Assembly: GCA_003220795.1 (NCBI GenBank) | Contig: QHTK01000050.1 | Span: forward strand, 670 to 64,669 | Length of the DNA: 64,000 nt | Origin: Gemmatimonadota bacterium | GTDB lineage: Bacteria > Gemmatimonadota > Gemmatimonadetes > Gemmatimonadales > GWC2-71-9 | Reading direction: 5' to 3' | In this document: in pieces, positions 37,008 to 46,749 of the stretch | How positions within the stretch are numbered: position 1 is the first letter of the stretch | How the letters are laid out: every line of letters begins with the position of its first letter | Made by a program: the position numbers and the translations under genes | Notes under the pieces: model-generated | What the model was told of the DNA's origin: nothing | The model's database searches: none | Seen by the model: only the letters and a program-made list of their open reading frames with translations

Positions 37008-37226
37008 TTAGCCCGTCTTGGAGCGCCGGGCGCGCGCGACCTTGGCCAGGTACTCTCGCGCGGCCCGCAGTGCGCGCCGCTTCCCCCCGTGGGTCACGTC
37101 GCCGAAGAACTTGCGGTACCGGGGAACGTAGCTGCCGTCGCGCCGTCGGTAGAAGTCCGCGCGCACGAACCAGCCGTACGTGCGCGTGGAGGGTTGGTCG
37201 ATACGGCTGATGCCGCGTCTCTTCAT
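37008..37226 (-). CDS. small AP2-like DNA-binding protein (putative regulator)
   Basis: 72 aa: GISRIDQPSTRTYGWFVRADF...YRKFFGDVTHGGKRRALRAAREYL. This resembles bacterial AP2-domain proteins (GISR...HGW.VR...FFSD...GG...AL..A..). Confidence 0.45.
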   Translation of the reverse strand: MKRRGISRIDQPSTRTYGWFVRADFYRRRDGSYVPRYRKFFGDVTHGGKRRALRAAREYLAKVARARRSKTG

Positions 37227-37291
37227 GATTCGCCTGGAGCGTTAGGGGTGATTATTGACAATCCAAGATAGCCTCCCCAAATACCGAGCGC

Positions 37292-38419
37292 ATGGCAGCG
37301 GACCTGGAAGGCGTTGTCGCCACGTCGACCCGACTCAGCCATGTCGATGGAGAGGCGGGTCGACTGACGATCGCCGGGTACGCGGTGGAAGACCTAGCGC
37401 CGTACGCCCGGTTCGAGGAAGTGGCTTTCCTGCTGCTGTATGCCCGCCTGCCGGACCCGTCCGAGCTCGCTCGCTTCACGCAGGATCTGGCCGGGCGGCG
37501 CGCGCTGCCCCGCGCGGGATTTGACGTCCTGCGTGCCGCCGCCGCCGCCCAGGCGCCCCCCATGGACGTCCTGCGGATGGCGGCGGCCCTGCTCAGCCTC
37601 GGCCGCCAGGAGAACCCCCTGGACGACGCGCTGACCGCCATCGCGTGCTTCCCGACGATCGTGGGGGCCTACTGGCGGGTGCGGAATGGGGAAGCGCCCG
37701 TTCCGGTGCGCCCCGATCTGCCGCACGCGGCTCATTACCTGCAGCAGGTGTTCGGCGCCGAACCATCGGCCGAACGGGCCCGCGCGCTGGAAACGTATCT
37801 CAACACCGTCTGCGATCACGGCCTCAACGCTTCCACGTTTGCGGCACGGGTGATCGTCTCCACGCGATCTGACGTCATTTCGGCGATCACCGGCGCGGTC
37901 GGCGCGCTCAAGGGTCCGTTGCACGGCGGGGCGCCGGGTCCCGCGCTGGACATGGTCTTCGAAATCGGCACTCCCGAGCGCGCGGAACCGGTCATCCGCG
38001 CCAAGCTCGATCGGGGCGAGCGTCTCATGGGATTCGGACATCGCATCTACCGCGTGCGTGACCCGCGTGCCGATGTCCTGGCGCAAGCCGCGCAGCGCTT
38101 CTATTCGAGCGGCGGCGACCAGAGCCTCTATGAGCTAGCGCAGCAGGTCGAAGCCACTGCGCTGCGTCTGCTGCGTGAGCGCAAGCCGGAGCGTCGCCTC
38201 GACACCAATGTCGAGTTCTACACGGCGCTCTTGCTGCATGGTCTGGGATTCCCATCCGCGCTGTTCACGCCGACATTCGCCGTGGGCCGCGTGGTGGGCT
38301 GGTCGGCACACTGCCTGGAGCAACTGCGCGAGGGTCGGTTGATCCGACCGCAATCGGCCTATGTCGGGCCGACGGACCTTCACTACGATCGCGGAACCCG
38401 TCACACGCGGTCCCAATAA
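37292..38419 (+). CDS. citrate synthase family protein
   Basis: 375 aa with the GFGHRIYRVRDPRA signature and a LNASTFAARV block. Confidence 0.85.
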   Translation: MAADLEGVVATSTRLSHVDGEAGRLTIAGYAVEDLAPYARFEEVAFLLLYARLPDPSELARFTQDLAGRRALPRAGFDVLRAAAAAQAPPMDVLRMAAALLSLGRQENPLDDALTAIACFPTIVGAYWRVRNGEAPVPVRPDLPHAAHYLQQVFGAEPSAERARALETYLNTVCDHGLNASTFAARVIVSTRSDVISAITGAVGALKGPLHGGAPGPALDMVFEIGTPERAEPVIRAKLDRGERLMGFGHRIYRVRDPRADVLAQAAQRFYSSGGDQSLYELAQQVEATALRLLRERKPERRLDTNVEFYTALLLHGLGFPSALFTPTFAVGRVVGWSAHCLEQLREGRLIRPQSAYVGPTDLHYDRGTRHTRSQ

Positions 38420-38442
38420 GCCACCCGCCCTTGGTTCAGACC

Positions 38443-38781
38443 CTACGGCTGGGGGTCCGCTCGACGCCTTTCCGGGCCCTGGGCCAGCAGCCGTTCGGCG
38501 AAGTCGAGGCGCTCCTGCATCTCGCTCACCTCCTGCCGCAGCCTGTTCACATCGGCCTCAAGGGCCGCGAGCGCTTCCGGCGCGTCGAGCGGCGTCGCGA
38601 GGTCGCGCCGGCCGAGGCGCTGCCGCAGGCGCTGGGCCCATAACCCGAACAGCAGTGCGAGCCCTGCGTGAATCGCGGCATGCGCCCCTTCGGCTGACGC
38701 AGCGGCGAAGCCGACTCCAACCAGGTTGGCGACGCTGAGCACGACGGCGATGGGGAACCACAGCGCGGGCTTGAAGGTCAT
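38443..38781 (-). CDS. hypothetical small membrane protein with C-terminal coiled-coil
   Basis: 112 aa with two TM helices, then LEADVNRLRQEVSEMQERLDFAERLL. I recognise no family. Confidence 0.45.
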   Translation of the reverse strand: MTFKPALWFPIAVVLSVANLVGVGFAAASAEGAHAAIHAGLALLFGLWAQRLRQRLGRRDLATPLDAPEALAALEADVNRLRQEVSEMQERLDFAERLLAQGPERRRADPQP

Positions 38782-38828
38782 GAAGAAATCGACGTGAGGC
38801 GGTGGTACAAGGTTTCAGGCGGCTACTG

Positions 38829-39260
38829 TCACGCCCCCGTACTCCCGAACCCTCCCCCGCCCCGCTCGCTCGCCGGCAGCGCTTCCACCTCGACGAGCTC
38901 GACCCGCTCCACCCGCTGAAACACGAGCTGCGCGATCCGCATCCCGCGCGTCACCGCCACCGGCTCGGTCCCTAAGTTGATCAGGGGGATCATCAGCTCG
39001 CCCCGGTAATCGGAGTCGATCGTCGCGGGCGCGTTGGGGAGGGTGAGGCCGTGCTTCAGCGCGAGCCCCGAGCGCGGCCGCACCTGGGCTTCGTAGCCGG
39101 CCGGAATGGCCAGCGCGAGTCCCGTGCGAATGAGCCGCCGCTCGAGCGGCTGCAGCACCAGGTCCGGTTCGGCGCTGCACACGTCGTACCCGGCCGCCCC
39201 CGCGCTCCGCCGCGTCGGAAGCGGCAGTCCCGCGTGATGCGCCAGTCGGTGCACCTGCAC
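38829..39260 (-). CDS. dut: dUTP diphosphatase
   Basis: AGYDV, RSGLA and IDSDYRGEL motifs, with C-terminal GGFGSTG. Confidence 0.92.
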   Translation of the reverse strand: MQVHRLAHHAGLPLPTRRSAGAAGYDVCSAEPDLVLQPLERRLIRTGLALAIPAGYEAQVRPRSGLALKHGLTLPNAPATIDSDYRGELMIPLINLGTEPVAVTRGMRIAQLVFQRVERVELVEVEALPASERGGGGFGSTGA

Positions 39261-39274
39261 GACCGGCGGCCGCG

Positions 39275-40582
39275 TCAGGCGAGCGCTCCGGGGTCGCGCT
39301 CGACGACCGAGTCGAACACCAGGGGCGGCGGCTCTTCCTCTATCAGATACGCGAATTGCCGGCGGAACTCCTCCACCGACACGTGGGCGGTCGCGGCGAA
39401 GCGCGCCAGCTCGTGCGGATCCTCGAAGTCGTCGCGCCGCAGCCGGATCATGTAGCGGCGCGCGATGGCATAGCGCGTCGACGTGATGTCTACCCGCCGC
39501 GTGCGCGCCCGGCCCGTCACGGGATCGATCATCGCGGCGAACGGGATGGGCACGAAGCGCCCCGCCTGCAGGGAAATGACGGCCGCGTTGCCGCCCCCCA
39601 ACACGTACTTGGCGGCGCAGTAGCCCAAGTCGCGCGTGTACTCCATGTCCATGGGGATCGGATCGGCGCAGCGCAGCTCGTAGCCGATATTCTTCGCGGC
39701 GATCGTCGCCTTCAGCTCGAACTGCTTGAGGCGCTTCTGCACCGCCGCCTTGAGGATCTCGCCGATGTTCACCTCGGCGATGCGGACGTTCCCGTGCGTG
39801 TCCCGCTCGACCTCCTCGACGCCCGCGAGATCCGCGGGGTCGATGCCCAGCGCCAGCCCCTCGGCGAGCACGGCGACGCCATCCAGCCGGCCGTAGGACA
39901 GGCGCTTGATGATGGCGCCCACCAGCGTGTCCACGACCGATTTGAGCCGGATGCGCGGACCCGGAAACTCCTCCGGGATGAGCGTGAGCGTGGCGCCGGC
40001 GGCCTTGCCGATGCCCATCGCGAGGTGCCCCGCGCCGCGGCCCATCGTGATGACCAGGTACCAGCGCGACGTGGTCTTGGCGTCCACCATCAGGTTCTTC
40101 ACGATCTCCACGCCGTAGTGGCGCGCCGTCTGGAAGCCGAACGTGTCCACGTGCGGCGGCAGGTCGAGATCGTTGTCGATCGTCTTCGGCACGTGCACGA
40201 CCTGGAGCCGCCCCGCGGCCTTCTCCTCGAGCTTCATGGCCGAATACGCGGTGTCATCCCCGCCGATGGTGATGAGCTGCGAGACGTTGAGGCGTAACAG
40301 GGCCAGGACCGCGTTGTCGAGATGCGCCGGGTTCTGCGTGGGGTTGGCGCGCGAGATGCCGATGTAGGAGCCGCCGCGGAAATGGATCCGGCTCACCTCG
40401 CCGATGTCGAGCGGCACGACGTGGTCGATGTCGCCTTGCATGATCCACTCGAACCCGTCGCGCACGCCGAGCACGTCGACGGCCTCGAGCCGTGCCCGGA
40501 TAGTGGCCGCCCCGATGACGCTGTTGATGCCCGGCGCCGGCCCGCCACCGACCAGGATCGCCAGTGTTCTACGCTCGGTCAT
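39275..40582 (-). CDS. 6-phosphofructokinase, probably PPi-dependent
   Basis: Motifs LVGGGPAPGINS, IGGDDTAYSA and PKTIDNDL. GGDD (Asp where ATP-PFKs have Gly) suggests PPi dependence. Start set to ATG 40582. Confidence 0.85.
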   Translation of the reverse strand: MTERRTLAILVGGGPAPGINSVIGAATIRARLEAVDVLGVRDGFEWIMQGDIDHVVPLDIGEVSRIHFRGGSYIGISRANPTQNPAHLDNAVLALLRLNVSQLITIGGDDTAYSAMKLEEKAAGRLQVVHVPKTIDNDLDLPPHVDTFGFQTARHYGVEIVKNLMVDAKTTSRWYLVITMGRGAGHLAMGIGKAAGATLTLIPEEFPGPRIRLKSVVDTLVGAIIKRLSYGRLDGVAVLAEGLALGIDPADLAGVEEVERDTHGNVRIAEVNIGEILKAAVQKRLKQFELKATIAAKNIGYELRCADPIPMDMEYTRDLGYCAAKYVLGGGNAAVISLQAGRFVPIPFAAMIDPVTGRARTRRVDITSTRYAIARRYMIRLRRDDFEDPHELARFAATAHVSVEEFRRQFAYLIEEEPPPLVFDSVVERDPGALA

Positions 40583-40602
40583 CGCCGCGTTCCATGACGG
40601 CC

Positions 40603-41715
40603 CTACACCAGGGTTGTCGCGTCCGTCAGCGGCAGCCCGAACGCCTCGGCCACGGCGGCGTACACGACTTTTCCCTCGATCGCGTTCAACCCGAGGAGCA
40701 GCGCGGCGTCGTCCCGGCACGCCCGCTTCCAGCCGCTCTTGGCCAGACGCTTGGCGTACGGGAACGTGGCGTTGGTGAGCGCGAGCGTGGAGGTGCGGGG
40801 CAGGCCCCCCGGCATGTTGGCAACGGCGTAGTGGATGATCCCGTCCACTACATAGGTCGGGTTGTCGTGCGTGGTGGGCCTGCTGGTTTCGATGCAGCCC
40901 CCCTGGTCCACCGCGACGTCCACGATCACGGAGCCGGCCTTCATGAGCTTCAGGTCGTCGCGCCGCACCAGCTTCGGGGCCTTCGCGCCCGGGAGCAGCA
41001 CGGCGCCGATCACGACGTCGGCCTTGCGGAGCTGGTCGAGCAGATTGTGACGGTTGGAGTACAGCAGATCGACGTTGGGGGGCAGCACGTCGGAGAGGTA
41101 GCGCAGCCGATCGAGCGAGAGGTCGAGCAGCGTCACGTGCGCGCCCAGGCCCGCCGCCATCTTGGCCGCGTTGGCGCCGACCACCCCCCCGCCCAGGATG
41201 AGCACCTCGGCGGGGAGCACCCCGGGCACGCCTCCCAGCAGGATGCCCGACCCGCCGTACACCTTTTCCAGGTACTTGGCACCCTCCTGCACCGCCATGC
41301 GTCCCGCCACCTCACTCATCGGCGTGAGCAACGGCAGCTCTCCCGAGGTGAGCTGCACGGTCTCATAGGCGATCGCGGTGATCCCCGACTTGAGCACCGC
41401 CTGCGTGAGGGCCTCGGACGCCGCGAAATGAAAATACGTGAAGACCACCTGCCCCTTGCGCATACAGGGCCACTCGGGCTCGATCGGCTCCTTCACCTTG
41501 ACGACCATCTCGGACTTGGACCACACGTCTCCGGCTCGCGTGACGAGCGTCGCGCCGGCCGCCCGGTAGGCGTCGTCCGAGAATCCCGACCCGAGCCCGG
41601 CGCCTTGCTCCACGAGGACCGTGTGCCCGTCGCCGACCAGCGACTCGACTCCCGCCGGCACCAGCGCTACGCGGTTCTCGGCAGTTTTGATCTCTCTCGG
41701 GACTCCAACGATCAT
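40603..41715 (-). CDS. ald: alanine dehydrogenase
   Basis: [21 protein letters not shown]-terminus with the [16 protein letters not shown] fold; 370 aa. Confidence 0.92.
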   Translation of the reverse strand: MIVGVPREIKTAENRVALVPAGVESLVGDGHTVLVEQGAGLGSGFSDDAYRAAGATLVTRAGDVWSKSEMVVKVKEPIEPEWPCMRKGQVVFTYFHFAASEALTQAVLKSGITAIAYETVQLTSGELPLLTPMSEVAGRMAVQEGAKYLEKVYGGSGILLGGVPGVLPAEVLILGGGVVGANAAKMAAGLGAHVTLLDLSLDRLRYLSDVLPPNVDLLYSNRHNLLDQLRKADVVIGAVLLPGAKAPKLVRRDDLKLMKAGSVIVDVAVDQGGCIETSRPTTHDNPTYVVDGIIHYAVANMPGGLPRTSTLALTNATFPYAKRLAKSGWKRACRDDAALLLGLNAIEGKVVYAAVAEAFGLPLTDATTLV

Positions 41716-41749
41716 GCACGCTCCGTCTTACGTTCTTGCGCCACGCCTC

Positions 41750-43018
41750 TTAGTCTTTGCCTTTGCCGAGCCAGACCACCGTCTGCCGCGCAGGATCGAA
41801 GAATTCCGCCGCGACGGCGGCGACCTCGTCTTCCGTCAGCCCGGCTACCGTCGCCAGCACCTGGTCGAGGCTCTGATACGGCTCGCCGTACACCGAAAAG
41901 CCCGCCAAACGATACATCCGTGCTGCAGGACTCTCCAGAGAGAGCATCAGCTGTCCCTGCGTCTGTTGCTTCGCCTCGGCGAGCGCGTCTCCGCGCAGCC
42001 CCTCGCGCGCCAGCTTGGCGTACTCCTCGCGAATCGCCGCGGCGGCCTGCGCCGCCGTTTGCGGCTGGGTGCCGACGTACACGCCCGCCACCCCCATCTG
42101 GCGATAGAAGCTCGTGAACGCGTAAATCGCGTAGGCGAGCCCCAGCTCCTCGCGGATCCGCTGGAACAGGCGGCTCGACATCCCGCCGCCGAACACGTTC
42201 GCCAGGACGAGCAGGGCGTACTTGCGCGGGTCGGCGTATGGGACCGTGTCGGTGGCGAACACGATGTGGGTTTGGGCGGTGTCCTTGTGGTGGCGGGCTT
42301 CGGTGCCGCGGATGGCGGGCGCGACGGGCGATACGGAAGGCGTTACACGTTGCCCGTTGTCCGTTGCCCGATCGAACCACCCCAGCTTCGCGAGCGCTTC
42401 GAGCAGCTGGTCGTGCGTCAGGTTCCCCGCCCCGGCGATGACGCAGTTCGCGGGGAAGTACGCCCGTCCGTGCAGCTGCTTCAGGTCGGCCGCCGAGAGC
42501 GCGCTGACGGTGTCGCGCGTGCCGAGGATGGTGTACCCGTAGGGATGCTCGGGCCACAACGTCTGGTAGGAGAGATCGAACACCTGGTCGTCGGGAGTGT
42601 CTTCGACGGTGTTGATCTCCTCGAGCACCACCTTGCGCTCGAGCTCCAGGTCGCTGGTGCGCAGCACGGGGTTCGAGACGAGGTCGGTGAGCACGTCGAG
42701 CGCGCGCGGCAGGTCGGCGTCGAGCACGCGGGCGTGAAACGCGGTGGTGTCGCGCGACGTGTAGGCGTCGAGCGAGCCGCCCCGAGCTTCGAGGGCGAGC
42801 GCGATCTCCTGGGCGCTGCGGCGCTCGGTCCCCTTGAACACCATGTGCTCGAGCAGGTGGGACACGCCCATCTTGGGGCGCGGCTCGTGCGCGCTGGCGC
42901 TGCGCACCCAGATGCCGACCGCCGCCGAGCGCACGCTCGGCACCCGTTCTGACAGCACCAGGACGCCGCCTGGCGCGGTGGTTTGGTGGATCTCCCGGTC
43001 GAGCCGGACCGTCTCCAT
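41750..43018 (-). CDS. M16-family (pitrilysin/insulinase-like) zinc peptidase
   Basis: HLLEHMVFKGT (HxxEH). ATG 43018 overlaps the pnp stop (TAATG). The track ORF 41750..43801 is an artefactual extension. Confidence 0.85.
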   Translation of the reverse strand: METVRLDREIHQTTAPGGVLVLSERVPSVRSAAVGIWVRSASAHEPRPKMGVSHLLEHMVFKGTERRSAQEIALALEARGGSLDAYTSRDTTAFHARVLDADLPRALDVLTDLVSNPVLRTSDLELERKVVLEEINTVEDTPDDQVFDLSYQTLWPEHPYGYTILGTRDTVSALSAADLKQLHGRAYFPANCVIAGAGNLTHDQLLEALAKLGWFDRATDNGQRVTPSVSPVAPAIRGTEARHHKDTAQTHIVFATDTVPYADPRKYALLVLANVFGGGMSSRLFQRIREELGLAYAIYAFTSFYRQMGVAGVYVGTQPQTAAQAAAAIREEYAKLAREGLRGDALAEAKQQTQGQLMLSLESPAARMYRLAGFSVYGEPYQSLDQVLATVAGLTEDEVAAVAAEFFDPARQTVVWLGKGKD

Positions 43019-45123
43019 TACCGCGAGCGCGCGGGGGCCGTCTCCGGTTTCTCGAGCAGCGCCTTGCGGGAGAGCCGCATGCGACCGCGCTCGTCGACCT
43101 CCAGCAGCTTGACCCGGACCTGGTCGCCCTTTTTCACGACGTCTTCGGTACGCTCCGTGCGGCCGTGCTGCAGCTCCGAGATGTGCAGCAGGCCCTCCAC
43201 GCCCGGGAGGATCTCGATGAACGCGCCGAACGCCGTCGTGCTCTTCACCACGCCCTCGTACACCTTGCCGACCTCCGGCACCTGGACCATGCCGGCGATG
43301 ATGTCGCGGGCCCGCTCCCCGCCCTCGCCCACGGCCGAGATGGTCACGAGCCCATTGTCGTCGACGTTGATCTCGGCGCCGGTCTGCTCCTGGATCGACC
43401 GGATGGTCTTTCCCTTGGGGCCGATGATGTCGCCGATCTTGTCCGTCGGGATCTGGATCGTGATGATGCGCGGGGCGTACTTGGACAGCTGCGAGCGGGG
43501 CTGCGGCATGGCGCGGTCCATGATGTCGAGGATGTGGACCCGGGCCTGCTTGGCGCGGTCGAGCGCTTCGGCGATGATCTTGAAATCGAGCCCCTCGATC
43601 TTGATGTCCATCTGGATCGAGGTCACGCCCTCGCGCGTCCCCGCCACCTTGAAGTCCATGTCCCCCAGGTGATCCTCGGTGCCGAGAATGTCGGTCAGCA
43701 CCGCCACACGCGCGCCTTCCTTGATCAACCCCATCGCGACCCCGGCGCACGACGCCTTCACGGGGACGCCCGCGTCGAACAGCGCCAGCGAGCCGCCGCA
43801 CACCGTCGCCATGGACGACGAGCCGTTGGACTCGAGGATGTCGGACACGATGCGGATGGTGTAGGGGAACTGGTCGTACGGGGGGAGCAGCGCCTGCAAC
43901 GCCCGCTCGGCCAAGGCCCCGTGCCCCACTTCGCGGCGCGACGTGCCGCGGATCGGCCGGACTTCGCCCGTCGAAAACGGCGGGAAGTTGTAATGCAGCA
44001 TGAACGACTTGGACGTCTCTTCGGCCACGTCGATCGAGTCGATGCGCTGCTCGTCCGACACCGTGCCGAGCGTGACGGACACGAGCGCCTGCGTCTGGCC
44101 GCGCGTGAACAGCGACGAGCCATGGGTGCGCGGCAGGACGCCCACTTCGCAGGTGACCGGCCGCACCGTCGCCAGGTCGCGGCCGTCGACCCGCTCGCCG
44201 CGCGACAGCACCTGGTCGCGCATCGTGCGGTACTCGATCTCCTCGATGACCGCCGCGACGTCTTTCAGGTTGTCAGGGAACTCGGCCGCGAGCTGCTCCT
44301 GGATCGTCGACTTGAGGGCGGCGAGCGCCTGCGTCCGCTCCGCCTTCTCCGGCAGGTTCAGCGCCTCGGCGATGCGCGGCTCGGCCAGCGCCTTCACCCG
44401 GGCGACCAGCTCCGCGGGGGCCTCGACCTTGGTCCACTCCATCTTCGGCTGCCGCACGTCGGCCACCAGCTCGCCGGCCGCGTCGAGCAGCTCCCGGATG
44501 CCCTTGTGCGCCAGCTCCAGCCCTTTCACGATTTCGGGCTCCGTCAGCTCGAGCGCGCCCCCCTCGACCATGACAATCGAATCGGCGGAGCCGGAGACGA
44601 CCATGTCCACGTCCGAGAACTCGAGCTGCTGGAATGTCGGGTTCAGGATCCAGGCGCCCTCTACCCGCCCCACGCGCACGGCGGCGATGGGGCCGTTCCA
44701 GGGCACCTTGGACATGTGGAGCGCCGCCGAGGCCGCCGTCACGCCGAGCACGTCGGCATCGTTCTCCTGGTCCGCCGAGAGGACGTAGATGAAGACCTGC
44801 ACCTCGTTCTTGAACCCCTCGGGGAACAACGGCCGAATCGAGCGGTCCGTCACCCGCGCCGACAGGATCTCCTCGTCCGAAGGGCGGCCTTCGCGTTTCA
44901 AGAAGCCGCCGGGAATCTTGCCGGCCGCATAGGCCTTCTCGCGGTATTCGACGGTGAGGGGGAAGAACGGGAGGGTCGAAATGTTGTCCGACACGGTCGC
45001 GGTCGCGAGGACCACGGTCTCTCCGAACTGCAGGAGGCAGGCCCCCGCCGCCTGCTTGGCGAGTCGCCCGGACTCGAGCTTCAGCGGGCGACCCGCGAAC
45101 GTGCGATCGACGTGCTTCACCAT
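43018..45123 (-). CDS. pnp: polyribonucleotide nucleotidyltransferase (PNPase)
   Basis: 701 aa with two RNase PH domains, then KH (GPKGKTIRSIQE) and S1 (GKVYEGVVKSTTAFGAFIEI) domains. Confidence 0.97.
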   Translation of the reverse strand: MVKHVDRTFAGRPLKLESGRLAKQAAGACLLQFGETVVLATATVSDNISTLPFFPLTVEYREKAYAAGKIPGGFLKREGRPSDEEILSARVTDRSIRPLFPEGFKNEVQVFIYVLSADQENDADVLGVTAASAALHMSKVPWNGPIAAVRVGRVEGAWILNPTFQQLEFSDVDMVVSGSADSIVMVEGGALELTEPEIVKGLELAHKGIRELLDAAGELVADVRQPKMEWTKVEAPAELVARVKALAEPRIAEALNLPEKAERTQALAALKSTIQEQLAAEFPDNLKDVAAVIEEIEYRTMRDQVLSRGERVDGRDLATVRPVTCEVGVLPRTHGSSLFTRGQTQALVSVTLGTVSDEQRIDSIDVAEETSKSFMLHYNFPPFSTGEVRPIRGTSRREVGHGALAERALQALLPPYDQFPYTIRIVSDILESNGSSSMATVCGGSLALFDAGVPVKASCAGVAMGLIKEGARVAVLTDILGTEDHLGDMDFKVAGTREGVTSIQMDIKIEGLDFKIIAEALDRAKQARVHILDIMDRAMPQPRSQLSKYAPRIITIQIPTDKIGDIIGPKGKTIRSIQEQTGAEINVDDNGLVTISAVGEGGERARDIIAGMVQVPEVGKVYEGVVKSTTAFGAFIEILPGVEGLLHISELQHGRTERTEDVVKKGDQVRVKLLEVDERGRMRLSRKALLEKPETAPARSR

Positions 45124-45139
45124 GTTGCCTGTCTAGAGC

Positions 45140-45183
45140 ACGAAGAAATACGCGAGGCGTCCCGGTGCTCTTGCCGGGACGCC
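45140..45183 (-). terminator. rpsO terminator / pnp leader hairpin
   Basis: Perfect 10-bp stem ggcgtcccgg-N8-ccgggacgcc (45156-45183), followed on the minus strand by UAUUUCUUCGU. It lies between rpsO and pnp, where the pnp leader hairpin sits in other bacteria. Confidence 0.55.
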
Positions 45184-45202
45184 CAGCGCGACGCCCGTTG
45201 CA

Positions 45203-45460
45203 TTAGTGGCGGAGACCCAGCTCGTCGATGAGCTGCCGATAGCGCTCCAGGTCGGTGCGCTTCAGGTATTCCAGCAGGCGCCGGCGCTGGCTGACCATCC
45301 TGAGGAGGCCGCGCTGCCCGTGGAAATCCTTGGCGTGGACCCGGAAGTGATCGGTGAGGCTGTTGATCCGCTCGGTGAGCAGCGCGACCTGGACCGGGGC
45401 TGACCCCGTGTCCCCCTCGTGCAGCCCGTACTTCCTGACCGGCGTCGTCTTGTCGTACAT
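45203..45460 (-). CDS. rpsO: 30S ribosomal protein S15
   Basis: 85 aa with [20 protein letters not shown]...H.KD.H..RGLL..V..RR.LL.YL. Confidence 0.95.
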   Translation of the reverse strand: MYDKTTPVRKYGLHEGDTGSAPVQVALLTERINSLTDHFRVHAKDFHGQRGLLRMVSQRRRLLEYLKRTDLERYRQLIDELGLRH

Positions 45461-45528
45461 CTGGTCCTGTTCCCTAATTCTTGTGAGCGCAGTAACTTAG
45501 ACCGTCGATACCGGTTTGTAAAGCCCTA

Positions 45529-46416
45529 GTGACCGACGCGCCCCCCCGCCCCCCCGCCTCGACCGACCTGGTCGGCCGCACGGTCGGTCCCTACGACCTC
45601 GAGCGTCTGTTGGGACAGGGCGGGTTCGCCTGGGTGTTCGCGGGTCGGGAGCTGGACGGGGCCCCCGTCGCGGTCAAAGTCCTGATGCCCCGCTACGCCG
45701 GCGACCCGCAGTTCGAGAGCCGCTTTCGGAACGAAGCCGAAACCGCCGCGAAACTCCAGCACCCGAACATCATCCGCATCCGCTTCGTGGCGCGCTCCGG
45801 GGGTTACGTCTACTTCGCGATGGATCTGTGCGCCGACAGCCTCGGGGCGCGCATCGCCCGCGAAGGCGCCCTGCCCGAGGCGGACATCGTCCGCGTGGCG
45901 GCGGACGTGGCCAGGGGCCTGGGGTTCGCGCACGGGCAGGGCGTGATTCACCGCGACCTGAAGCCCGACAACATCCTGCTCCGCTCCGACGGCAGCGCGG
46001 TCATCACCGACTTCGGCATCGCGCGCGCGGTGTCGGGCTACGTGGCGTCCACGGGCGTGAACATGACGATCGGAACCCCGCAGTACCTCTCCCCCGAGCA
46101 GGCGCAGGGACGCGCCCTCGACCAGCGGGTGGACTTTTACGCGCTCGGCGTCACGCTCTTCAAGGCCGCCACGGGAGAGGTGCCCTTTGCCGCGAGCGAC
46201 TGGTTCGAGCTCGCCCGCATGCACGTGGAGCAGCCGCCCCCGGGGTTGCGCAAGAAGCGCCCGGAGCTGTCCAAACGATTCGAGCGGATCGTGCTGAAGT
46301 GCCTCGCCAAGCACCCCGACGACCGCTACCGCGACGCGGCCCAGTTGCTCGCCGACCTGGCCGCGGTCGACGCCAAGCCGCGCCCCCGTCCCTGGTGGCG
46401 CTGGTGGTCAGGCTGA
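45529..46416 (+). CDS. Hanks-type serine/threonine protein kinase (kinase domain only)
   Basis: GQGGFAWVF...VAVKVL, HRDLKPDNILL, DFGIARA and SPEQ. It has a GTG start and no sensor domain. Confidence 0.85.
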   Translation: MTDAPPRPPASTDLVGRTVGPYDLERLLGQGGFAWVFAGRELDGAPVAVKVLMPRYAGDPQFESRFRNEAETAAKLQHPNIIRIRFVARSGGYVYFAMDLCADSLGARIAREGALPEADIVRVAADVARGLGFAHGQGVIHRDLKPDNILLRSDGSAVITDFGIARAVSGYVASTGVNMTIGTPQYLSPEQAQGRALDQRVDFYALGVTLFKAATGEVPFAASDWFELARMHVEQPPPGLRKKRPELSKRFERIVLKCLAKHPDDRYRDAAQLLADLAAVDAKPRPRPWWRWWSG

Positions 46417-46749
46417 GGCGCGGAACAGGCGCCGGAACAGGCCGGCGAGGCGGGCGATGACACCCTCGCCCAGATAAGTCTCGATCGCCCGACGCAGGTC
46501 GGGCTCACATTGCTTGGGAAACGGGCGCTCCGCCGGGCGCACGGCGAATCCCGCGCCCTCAGGTCTTCCCGCCAGCTCCACGACGCCGGGCGAGGCGCGC
46601 TCGATCACGTCGAGCACCGGCCGCAACGCCTCGCGCCTCCTCCCTCCCCCGTTGCGATAGTATGCCGCGGTCACCACGGTGACCACGTGGTCTGCCTTGA
46701 CCCGCCCCGCCACGTACGCCGTGAGCGTTTCCCTAACGGCGGAAGACAT
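46408..46749 (-). CDS. hypothetical protein
   Basis: 113-aa ORF whose start overlaps the rseP stop by 17 nt. Its amino-acid composition looks coding. I recognise no motif. Confidence 0.4.
   Translation of the reverse strand: MSSAVRETLTAYVAGRVKADHVVTVVTAAYYRNGGGRRREALRPVLDVIERASPGVVELAGRPEGAGFAVRPAERPFPKQCEPDLRRAIETYLGEGVIARLAGLFRRLFRASA

Noticed and set aside
37255-37283. TTGACA followed 17 nt later by CAAATA in the AT-richest spacer, as a sigma-70 promoter for citrate synthase
   Set aside because: The -35 is perfect but the -10 is poor (2/6 matches). Promoter consensus for this phylum is unknown, so I do not report it as a feature.
43165-45231. 688-aa plus-strand ORF opposite pnp, and the 557-aa ORF 60597-62270 opposite rpsA
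   Set aside because: The minus-strand products are textbook PNPase and S1. The plus-strand translations are repetitive R/D/H/L-rich shadows.
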